DNA of 64,000 bases from Minisyncoccota bacterium (GTDB lineage: Bacteria > Patescibacteriota > Minisyncoccia > Phycocordibacterales > UBA9973), in the NCBI GenBank assembly GCA_041661005.1, contig JBAZVG010000001.1, forward strand, positions 671,515-735,514, in the 5' to 3' direction. The notes beneath the pieces were generated by a model. It saw nothing but the letters and a program-made list of their open reading frames with translations. It was not told the DNA's origin and did not search any database. How positions within the stretch are numbered: position 1 is the stretch's first letter; every line of letters begins with the position of its first letter. Positions 56,725-64,000 of this stretch are shown here, piece after piece. The position numbers and the translations under genes were made by a program.

Positions 56725-56756
56725 TAGCATTAACAAACGGTCGTACACTATTGCTG
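56725..56756. repeat. 32-bp direct repeat (left)
   Basis: TAGCATTAACAAACGGTCGTACACTATTGCTG. Confidence 0.95.
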
Positions 56757-56758
56757 TT

Positions 56759-57322
56759 TTAACGTAAATCAAATTTCTTCATTAAGTGTAGTTGATTATC
56801 TATCTTTTCAGCTAAAATAAAACGTACATGTTTTCTGGCGTCATAGAATTCTAAAATAAATTCAATTTCTTTGTTGCAAGGGTAGGGGAATACAAATACT
56901 GATTTCTGGAGTTCAATCAAGCCTATTTCTTTAAAATGCAAACGAAGAGAATCGCGCATTTTTCTTAATTTTTCTGGGATATCAAACATTACGACCCTCC
57001 ATTTTTTATCCCAATGAGCTAACTTCTTAATCTCTAAGTTGTCAATATTAAATCGCAGAGCTTTTTGTTTTCCATTCTCACTTAAAACCAGAGTAGTTGT
57101 GCCATCCTTGTGATGTTCTTCACTTACTAAATGCGAAGTGTATAAAGAATTGATTGCTCTTCGCAGGGCTTGACGATTCTCCCTTTCCCATTCTTTGGGT
57201 ATTTGTTTTAAAATCCACCAATGTTTTTTAGGTGATCTAGTTAAGCTCAGTGCAATACCTGCCAATAGAAGTAAAAGCACTTTCTTTTTTAGATTTCCCA
57301 TTCGCGGTGTATCGTGCTTCAT
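56759..57322 (-). CDS. PaaX-like protein (wHTH-like N-terminus and Cas2-like domain)
   Basis: WDKKWRVVMFDIPE..R..RD.LR..FKEIG...LQKSVFV. Confidence 0.85.
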   Translation of the reverse strand: MKHDTPRMGNLKKKVLLLLLAGIALSLTRSPKKHWWILKQIPKEWERENRQALRRAINSLYTSHLVSEEHHKDGTTTLVLSENGKQKALRFNIDNLEIKKLAHWDKKWRVVMFDIPEKLRKMRDSLRLHFKEIGLIELQKSVFVFPYPCNKEIEFILEFYDARKHVRFILAEKIDNQLHLMKKFDLR

Positions 57323-57332
57323 CTATGCATTA

Positions 57333-57364
57333 TAGCATTAACAAACGGTCGTACACTAATGCTG
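57333..57364. repeat. 32-bp direct repeat (right)
   Basis: TAGCATTAACAAACGGTCGTACACTAATGCTG, 31/32 identical to the left copy. Confidence 0.95.
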
Positions 57365-57417
57365 AGGTGTATAAATTTGTTTTTCAGACGGAAAGATATA
57401 TAATAAATAACAATAAA

Positions 57418-57918
57418 ATGAGAATTCCAATTGTAAATGAACAAGACGAGATTATAAAAATTATTGATTCAACTGATAGACAGAAATCTGATATTTGTCG
57501 GGTTTCTGCTCTTTGGGTTACAGATAGGGACGGTAATGTATTACTTGCACAACGATCTTTTAGTAAAAAATTCAGTCCTGGACTTTGGGGTCCAGCAGTT
57601 GCAGGGACACTAGAAGAAGGAGAAACTTATGAATCAAATATTTTGAAAGAAGCTCAGGAAGAAATTAATCTTGTTGGCATAAAGCCAAATAAAGAAAACA
57701 AAACACGCATGTCCACTACTCATGAATATTTTTGTCAGTGGTTTAGCGTGGTGGTTGATGGTGGATATCCTTTTGTAAAACAGGATTCCGAAGTAGAAAA
57801 AGTTAAATGGTTTACAAAGGAGGAATTGCTGAAATTGTTTGCTGATAAACCAGAAATATTTGTACAGAGTTTCAAATATTTAGTAAATTATTTTATAAAA
57901 CATGCAAATCAAAGTTAA
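57418..57918 (+). CDS. NUDIX hydrolase (IDI/YfcD-like)
   Basis: LLAQRS..K..PGLW, AG....GETY.....KEAQEE. Confidence 0.88.
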   Translation: MRIPIVNEQDEIIKIIDSTDRQKSDICRVSALWVTDRDGNVLLAQRSFSKKFSPGLWGPAVAGTLEEGETYESNILKEAQEEINLVGIKPNKENKTRMSTTHEYFCQWFSVVVDGGYPFVKQDSEVEKVKWFTKEELLKLFADKPEIFVQSFKYLVNYFIKHANQS

Positions 57919-58324
57919 AAAACTTAAAGAGGGAGCGAAGTTGCCGAAGTATCATCATCCGGGAGATGTGGGGATGGATCTGTATTCGATGGAGACGGTG
58001 ACGGTAAAGCCGGGCGAGCATTATCGTTTTTGGCATGGTTTTGCGCTGGAATTTCCCGAAGGGTATGGGGCTATTATTATGGATAAAGGGAGTATTTCCA
58101 AAGCTGGCTTTGTCCACATGGGCGGGGTGTATGATCCAGGATACAGAGGTGAATACAACACACTTTTAGTAAATTTGTCTGATAAAGCGTATACTTTCGA
58201 GGAAGGTGATAAAGTTTCTCAGCTTGTGATCGTGCCTGTCGTTATCGCAAAGTTAAAAGAGGTTGATAAGTTGAATGAATCTGCGCGTGGTGAAGGAAGG
58301 TTTGGAAGCACAGGTAAAAAATAG
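57902..58324 (+). CDS. dut: dUTP diphosphatase
   Basis: GMDL, GVYDPGYRGE, RGEGRFGSTG. Confidence 0.95.
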   Translation: MQIKVKKLKEGAKLPKYHHPGDVGMDLYSMETVTVKPGEHYRFWHGFALEFPEGYGAIIMDKGSISKAGFVHMGGVYDPGYRGEYNTLLVNLSDKAYTFEEGDKVSQLVIVPVVIAKLKEVDKLNESARGEGRFGSTGKK

Positions 58325-58325
58325 T

Positions 58326-58417
58326 GCGAAGTTTTTGTAAAATTTCTTGAAACTGCGCCCTCGAGGTCATAAGGACAGGGAACCCACACGTTTCTTAAAA
58401 TTTTGCAAAAACTTCGC
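58326..58417 (+). repeat. Long palindromic element (family D-like) between dut and argS
   Basis: Arms GCGAAGTTTTTGTAAAATTT / AAATTTTGCAAAAACTTCGC; loop CTGCGCCCT..GGGAACCC resembles the 2954 insert. Confidence 0.8.
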
Positions 58418-58425
58418 TTGATTAT

Positions 58426-60168
58426 ATGCAGAACAAGATAATAAATTTAATAAAAGACGCACTAAAAAATCTCGATATAGAGGTTAGTGATATTGCGCTG
58501 GAACATCCGGCAGATTTGAAAATGGGGGATTATTCTACAAATGTAGCCATGGCTATCGCCAAAAATGTTAAAAGCAGTCCGAAAGAGTTGGCGGAGAAGA
58601 TAGTTGTTGAGATAGCGAGATTGAATTTAGACAAGAATATAGAAAAAGTGGAAGTGGCCGGAGCGGGTTTCATAAATTTTCATCTATCGCGTAAATTTTT
58701 TGCTAAAAGCGTTGAAGAGATTGTAAACGAGGGGAACGACGTTGGTAAAAATAAAACTCTATCCGGTAAAAAAATAATGATCGAATATACCGACCCGAAC
58801 CCTTTCAAGCCTTTTCACATCGGGCACTTGATGACGAATGCTATAGGTGAATCGGTGGCGAGAATTTTAGAACATTCTGGAGCGGAAATTTCTCGCGCCA
58901 ATTATCAGGGCGACGTGGGGCTTCATGTGGCGAAGGCTATTTGGGGTCTTCAAAAAGATAAAAAACTACAAGACCAGAGTTATTCTAATGTTATACAAGC
59001 GACAAATATTGGCCTTGCGTATGCCGAAGGTAGCCAGGCTTATGAAGATGATCCGAAGGCCAAGTCTGAAATAGATGAAATAAATAAGAAAATTTACAAC
59101 AAGGATGATAAAAAAATAAACGAGATTTATGATTGGGGTTTTAAGGTAACAATGGAGGCTTTCGAAGATTTATATAAAATACTTGGCACCGAATTTAATT
59201 TTTCTTTCTTGGAAAGCCAGATGGCGGAAATTGGGGAGAGAATAGTGAAAGACAATCTTGATAAATTTATAGATTCCCCAAAAAGTAAAATGATTTTTGA
59301 AAAATCTGATGATGCTATCGTTTTCAAAGCTGAAAAGCATGATCCGAAACTTCACACCCGAGTTTTTATCACTAGAGAAGGTTTGCCCACTTATGAGACA
59401 AAGGAATTGGGGCTGACCGAAGAAAAATTTAAGACAGATCCGGATATGGACTTATCTATTGTCATTACCGCGAACGAACAAGCAGAGTATATGAAAGTCG
59501 TCGGGAAAGCCATTTCCCTGATCCACCCAGAACACGAGAAAAAAATGTTCCACATCACCCACGGCATGATGAGGTTTGCAGAAGGGAAAATGGGTTCGAG
59601 AAAAGGCAATGTGATTACCGGAGAGTCGCTCATTCGCGAGACGATAGAACTCATAAAAGAAAAAATGCGCGAGCGTGATTGGGATGAAGAAGAAAAAAGT
59701 AAAATTGCAGAGATGGTGGGTGTGGCATCCATAAAATATTCGATTCTTCGCTCGACTTCTGGCAGTGATATCGTTTTTAACAGAGAAGAATCAATCTCGA
59801 CCGAAGGGGATTCTGGTCCATATCTGCAATATTCCTATGCTCGCGCCAATTCTGTCTTAGAAAAAGCAAAGCTCGAAGATATCTTGCCAGACCCGCATGC
59901 ATATCCTCCTGAGATTTTTGAAGTGGAAAAATTATTATATAAATTCCCAGAAGTTGTCCTGCGTTCTTCTTCCGAATATGAACCACATTACATTGCAAAC
60001 TATTTGATCGAAGTCGCCCGCGCCTTCAATAGTTTTTATGGCAACAATTTGATTGTAGACAAAGCTGACAAAACTTCATCTTACAAAGTCGCTCTGACCT
60101 ACGCCTTCACCTTTGTCATGAAAAAAGGTTTGCATCTGCTTGGAATTAAGGCACCGGGGAAGATGTAA
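58426..60168 (+). CDS. argS: Arginine--tRNA ligase
   Basis: GDYSTN, PNPFKPFHIGH, KMGSRKG, GPYLQYSYAR. Confidence 0.97.
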   Translation: MQNKIINLIKDALKNLDIEVSDIALEHPADLKMGDYSTNVAMAIAKNVKSSPKELAEKIVVEIARLNLDKNIEKVEVAGAGFINFHLSRKFFAKSVEEIVNEGNDVGKNKTLSGKKIMIEYTDPNPFKPFHIGHLMTNAIGESVARILEHSGAEISRANYQGDVGLHVAKAIWGLQKDKKLQDQSYSNVIQATNIGLAYAEGSQAYEDDPKAKSEIDEINKKIYNKDDKKINEIYDWGFKVTMEAFEDLYKILGTEFNFSFLESQMAEIGERIVKDNLDKFIDSPKSKMIFEKSDDAIVFKAEKHDPKLHTRVFITREGLPTYETKELGLTEEKFKTDPDMDLSIVITANEQAEYMKVVGKAISLIHPEHEKKMFHITHGMMRFAEGKMGSRKGNVITGESLIRETIELIKEKMRERDWDEEEKSKIAEMVGVASIKYSILRSTSGSDIVFNREESISTEGDSGPYLQYSYARANSVLEKAKLEDILPDPHAYPPEIFEVEKLLYKFPEVVLRSSSEYEPHYIANYLIEVARAFNSFYGNNLIVDKADKTSSYKVALTYAFTFVMKKGLHLLGIKAPGKM

Positions 60169-60194
60169 TTACGTAATAGATTACGTAACAATTA
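60164..60194. promoter_or_regulatory. ATTACGTAA array with 12-bp period
   Basis: TGTAATTACGTAATAGATTACGTAACAATTA; same motif as 62478-62509. Confidence 0.5.
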
Positions 60195-60312
60195 TTAAAA
60201 AATTTGGCAGAAAAAGAGGCGGGATTACAGCCAGACTGGAAAAATTAGGGTTAATATAACATAATTAAGTTGAACTTTAAATTTCCACCAGAAGTGCTAT
60301 AGTTCAAGGGTT

Positions 60313-61671
60313 ATGTCTGTAGATGACTTCAAAAACGTTGAAGAGGATAGACTAAAAGGTTTTTTGAAATATCCCTTAGAGACCAAAAATGTAGACTATA
60401 AATCTGGAGAAGCAATCTCCAGTAAAAACCCTTTTTCCTATAAGCTAATAAAACACATACTTGGATTCGCCAATACAGGTGGGGGCTATATAGTTATAGG
60501 TTATCAAGAGGATGGAAATAAAATACCTCAACCTCAAGACATATCAAAAGAGGTGTTAGCCTCTTATGATCCAAGCTCACTAGCTCAGATGGCGGAAAGT
60601 TTTACATCTGGAGAAAAAGTAAATTTGGAAATTCATAAAGTGTTAAATAGTGAGAACCAAAAAATATATCCAATAATAAAAGTTTCTGGTTTTAGCGAAA
60701 AACCATTTTTTTGTAAAAAAGAGTATAGAGATCCAGTAAGTAAAGATACTATTCTAAAAACCAACGCTTTGTATGTGAGGGTTTCTTCATCTAGAACTAT
60801 AGAGCTTGCAAGCCCAGAAGATTGGAACGATCTCATAGATCAATGTGTAGGCAAAAGGCAAGAAGCTTTCCTTTTTCGTTTCAAAGACTTAATGAAAGAA
60901 GTAGGTTTTATGGATTTAAAAAAAATAACAAAAAAAAATGAAGACCTCGAAGATAATGTAGAAAACTCAAACCAAAATAAAGTTAAAAAAGAATTGGTTC
61001 AAAAAAAGATGGAGTTTGCGGGTCTGGAAGTTTTCCACGAATTACCAAATAATTCTAAAAAATGGAATAGAAAAGAACTGATCGATTCCGCAGAAAAATC
61101 CCAACAGCCGAACACAGGATGGCCTATTGGTGTTATGTTAAGACATAATAAAGAAGGAATGCCAAAACCTACTGAAAATGGCATAGAGTTAAAATTAGCC
61201 GATGGTTCTAATAAAACATATGACTACTGGAGCTTAAATGAAACCGGAACTTTCTATTTTTTTCGAAATTTTCAAGAAGATGAAATAAATGATTCGGAAA
61301 AGAAACGGAAACTATTTTTTGATACTAGGATTTGGAGAGTAATAGAAGCTATTAAACACGCAGTAAGTTTATATAAAGCTTTAGGTGTTAGTCCTACAGA
61401 AAAAATATTACTAAAAATAAAACACGCCGGTATCAATAATAGAGAATTAACTGCTGGTAATCCAATGAGGATGATGTGGCATCATATAAGTGGAGATTTA
61501 AAAGAAGTTTCTTGGGAAAAAGCAGTTTCTTTTGATGATTTATTAGTTAATGGTGAAGAATTTACCAAAGAGATTGTTAGGGAACTTTTTCTTATGTTTG
61601 AATATTGGGTTCCTGAGGATAGTGTTTTGGACGGTGTTATAGAAGAGTATAATAAATCTAAGGTTAGATAA
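60313..61671 (+). CDS. Schlafen AlbA_2-domain protein
   Basis: E...VDYK, ILGFANTGGGYIVIG, LYVR. Confidence 0.85.
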   Translation: MSVDDFKNVEEDRLKGFLKYPLETKNVDYKSGEAISSKNPFSYKLIKHILGFANTGGGYIVIGYQEDGNKIPQPQDISKEVLASYDPSSLAQMAESFTSGEKVNLEIHKVLNSENQKIYPIIKVSGFSEKPFFCKKEYRDPVSKDTILKTNALYVRVSSSRTIELASPEDWNDLIDQCVGKRQEAFLFRFKDLMKEVGFMDLKKITKKNEDLEDNVENSNQNKVKKELVQKKMEFAGLEVFHELPNNSKKWNRKELIDSAEKSQQPNTGWPIGVMLRHNKEGMPKPTENGIELKLADGSNKTYDYWSLNETGTFYFFRNFQEDEINDSEKKRKLFFDTRIWRVIEAIKHAVSLYKALGVSPTEKILLKIKHAGINNRELTAGNPMRMMWHHISGDLKEVSWEKAVSFDDLLVNGEEFTKEIVRELFLMFEYWVPEDSVLDGVIEEYNKSKVR

Positions 61672-61673
61672 AA

Positions 61674-62387
61674 ATGAAAAACAATATAATAAAATTTAAA
61701 AAATGGTTTATCTATCTTGGTTATTTCTTAGTTTTAATTATCTCTTTTGTTGCGGCATCATTATTGCCAACAAGTGAAATTTTAAAAGGTATTGTAATGA
61801 CCCCAGGTATTGGGGCTTTGTGTCTTTTTTTGAACCAATTATGGCGAGATGAAAAAGCCCATGAACGTGCTCTCGAATTACAGAATAAGCAACAAGATTT
61901 TGCTTTAGGAACAGCATCACACATGGCTGATGTAGCATACAATAAACATGTGGAATTCTGTGAAGATTATATGAAGCGGGTACAAGAAGGGTTCCAAGAA
62001 TTGCTAAGAGATGGTCCTTCAGTAAATGCAATAAAAATTGGACGTGAACTAGTAGGAATAAGAAAGAAGCATTCTTGCTGGCTTACAAAAGAAATCGAAA
62101 AAAGTCTGGAGCCTTTTGAGCATGCATTAATTAAGATAGGCGCTAAGGAAAATTTTCTTCAAAATGCAAAGTTGGATGTAGGAGAAATGAGAACAAAAGT
62201 AGTGAATGAGATTTTTGATTCCTTTGGGTTAATATTAGGGGATAGGAAATCTCTCAATGAAGAAGAAGCTGGAATTGCCATAGATGAGGTTATCGAAAAA
62301 ATAAGAAAAATACTTGGTATCAATATCTTGACCGAATTAAGGCTCAAGGCCTCTGAATTAGCTCTCAAAAGAGTAGAAGGTATATAG
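61674..62387 (+). CDS. Hypothetical protein with two N-terminal TMs
   Basis: Starts 2 nt after the AlbA_2 stop; hydrophobic N-terminus followed by a helical domain. Confidence 0.75.
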   Translation: MKNNIIKFKKWFIYLGYFLVLIISFVAASLLPTSEILKGIVMTPGIGALCLFLNQLWRDEKAHERALELQNKQQDFALGTASHMADVAYNKHVEFCEDYMKRVQEGFQELLRDGPSVNAIKIGRELVGIRKKHSCWLTKEIEKSLEPFEHALIKIGAKENFLQNAKLDVGEMRTKVVNEIFDSFGLILGDRKSLNEEEAGIAIDEVIEKIRKILGINILTELRLKASELALKRVEGI

Positions 62388-62477
62388 TTTAGACTTGTTA
62401 TGGTAGCTGTTTAAACAGCCCTAACCTATTTCCAGAAAGCTAGGATTTAGAACAGTCCTTAACTTATGCTAAAATAA

Positions 62478-62509
62478 GTATGTAATCAATTACGTAATTA
62501 ATTACATAC
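62478..62509. promoter_or_regulatory. 32-bp palindrome, likely autoregulatory operator
   Basis: GTATGTAATCAATTACGTAATTAATTACATAC between TG-n-TAAAAT and the ATG. Confidence 0.7.
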
Positions 62510-62511
62510 AT

Positions 62512-62697
62512 ATGGGAGTACAAAAACTTATAAATCAAAATGTGCGGAAGATAACAAAACTGGGAGGGAAGTCTTTGGCGGTCACATTGCCGAGGGAGCT
62601 CGTGGTAGAGCTCGGATGGAAGGAAAAGCAAAAAGTGGTGGTAAAGAAAAAAGGTAGTAAATTAATTATTAGCGATTGGAAACCGAAGGGAAGATAA
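62512..62697 (+). CDS. AbrB/MazE/SpoVT-family DNA-binding protein
   Basis: RKITKLGGKSLAVTLP......LGW. Confidence 0.88.
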   Translation: MGVQKLINQNVRKITKLGGKSLAVTLPRELVVELGWKEKQKVVVKKKGSKLIISDWKPKGR

Positions 62698-62707
62698 CGG
62701 ATTTTAA

Positions 62708-62741
62708 CCTGTCCCGTACCGAGCTTGTCTCTGGTTCGGGA
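62708..62741 (+). repeat. CCTG-TCCCG hairpin element, intergenic
   Basis: CCTG-TCCCG-TACC-GAGCTTGTCTC-TGGTT-CGGGA. Confidence 0.8.
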
Positions 62742-62757
62742 TTAAAGATTGGAAGAA

Positions 62758-63321
62758 ATGAAATCAAACATTTTTATTTTTCACGGAACAGAAGGTCATC
62801 CAAATGAAAATTGGTTTCCTTGGCTAAAGGAAAAACTTGAAGCAAAAGGTAACAAAGTTTTTGTGCCACAATTTCCTTCACCGCCAGTGGTGCCAGCGAA
62901 AATTTCAGAATGGTTTGAAGTGCTAAAAGAATACGAACAATATATTAACGAAGATACTATTTTAATCGGGCATAGTTTGGGTGGTGTTTTTACTTTAAGA
63001 GTTTTGGAACAATTGAAACATCCAATAAAAGGTGCTTTTTTGACTGGAACACCGATAGGAGTAAGACCAAATTTAAATTATGACAGAGTTAATGGTTTTA
63101 GTGGTTTTAATTTTGATTGGGGAAAGATAAAAAAGAATGCAAAGCATTTTGATGTATTTCAATCTGACAACGATCCTTATGTGGGACTAGACAATGGGAA
63201 AGAACTGGCAAAAAATCTTGAAGTCGAACTCACATTTATTCCAAACGCAGGACATTTTAATAAAAGAGCAGGATATTTAAGTTTCCCTGATTTATTAGCA
63301 AAAGTTGAAGGAATTTTATGA
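62758..63321 (+). CDS. RBBP9/YdeN-family alpha/beta hydrolase
   Basis: HG......WFPWLK, GHSLG, SDNDPYV, AGHF. Confidence 0.92.
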   Translation: MKSNIFIFHGTEGHPNENWFPWLKEKLEAKGNKVFVPQFPSPPVVPAKISEWFEVLKEYEQYINEDTILIGHSLGGVFTLRVLEQLKHPIKGAFLTGTPIGVRPNLNYDRVNGFSGFNFDWGKIKKNAKHFDVFQSDNDPYVGLDNGKELAKNLEVELTFIPNAGHFNKRAGYLSFPDLLAKVEGIL

Positions 63322-64000
63322 AGTCAAAACTATTTAAATTTCTTAAGTTATTATTAAAAATAATCACACTTCTTATCGTAGTATATTTTATATTCTCTAT
63401 CATTGTACGACCGTCCTTGAATCGACAATGGAATAAGGATCAAGAAGTTTTGGCGCGAGCGACTTTTAATGAGAATATTATTTCCATTAAAAATATTCGA
63501 AATATAAACTATCGATCAACTACAGATTATGATGTTCGATATTACGATAAAGTTTTTGATTTAAATAAATTAAATTCAGTTTGGTATATGGTTGAGCCCT
63601 TTACGGGGCATGGGGCTGGGGCAGCGCATACTTTAGTTTCTTTTGGATTTGAAAATGGAGACTATGTTTCCATATCTGTCGAAATACGAAAAGAAAAAGG
63701 GGAATCTTTTGGAGCAATAAAAGGACTTTTGAGGCAGTACGAACTAGTCTATGTTATTGCTGACGAAAGAGATGTCATAAAACTAAGATCAAATTATCGA
63801 AAAGATGAAGTTTTCTTGTACCCAGTTGTGACTACAAAAGAAAATATGCAAAAGCTTTTCATATCTATGCTTAATAGAGCAAACAAGCTTGCAACTGAAC
63901 CAGAATTTTACAATACTCTGACAAGCACATGTACTACAAATATTGTTTCTCATGTAAATGAAATAGTTCCAAACAGAATTCCTTTTAGTTTTAAAGTTTT
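63318..64000 (+). CDS. DUF4105 (Lnb-like) protein, runs off the window
   Basis: Translated by hand: N-terminal TM, AHTLVSFGF, SISVEIRKEKGE, FYNTLTSTCTTN. Confidence 0.85.
   Translation, partial: MKSKLFKFLKLLLKIITLLIVVYFIFSIIVRPSLNRQWNKDQEVLARATFNENIISIKNIRNINYRSTTDYDVRYYDKVFDLNKLNSVWYMVEPFTGHGAGAAHTLVSFGFENGDYVSISVEIRKEKGESFGAIKGLLRQYELVYVIADERDVIKLRSNYRKDEVFLYPVVTTKENMQKLFISMLNRANKLATEPEFYNTLTSTCTTNIVSHVNEIVPNRIPFSFKV

Noticed and set aside
56725-57364. CRISPR array with cas2
   Set aside because: Only two repeats, separated by 576 bp containing a gene; no spacer-sized intervals and no cas1.
59232-59280. Possible hairpin insert in argS
   Set aside because: Only a 6-bp match across 49 nt and no similarity to the element families.

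Overview
Bacterial chromosomal window (AT-rich, dense coding, genetic code 11). Its gene content and style point to a Patescibacteria/CPR organism of the Parcubacteria type (inference): type IV pilus genes, split ComEC, class II RNR, H+-PPase, many -10 boxes 6-7 nt before ATG, tRNA-Arg(GCG). It holds DNA repair genes (uvrA, uvrC, mutM, ruvA, recJ, rnhA), a CsoR-controlled copper cluster, a putative B12 uptake/adenosylation/nrdJ operon, tig-clpP, nusA, pilB/pilC and minor pilins, tpiA-pgk, glyA, tmk, dut, argS, and two defence-like genes (AIPR; Schlafen AlbA_2). The main unexplained signal is about 28 short palindromic elements (21-154 nt) in related families. About 19 sit in frame inside protein genes and the rest are intergenic. 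They show compensatory base changes, a nested copy, a shared 5' CYTG tetranucleotide and exchanged modules. Also notable: a PaaX/Cas2-like gene bracketed exactly by two 32-bp direct repeats, a structured terminator-ended leader before the AIPR gene, and matching ATTACGTAAT arrays on both sides of the AlbA_2 island. No CRISPR array, rRNA or transposase was seen. All calls come from reading the sequence by eye; no searches were run.
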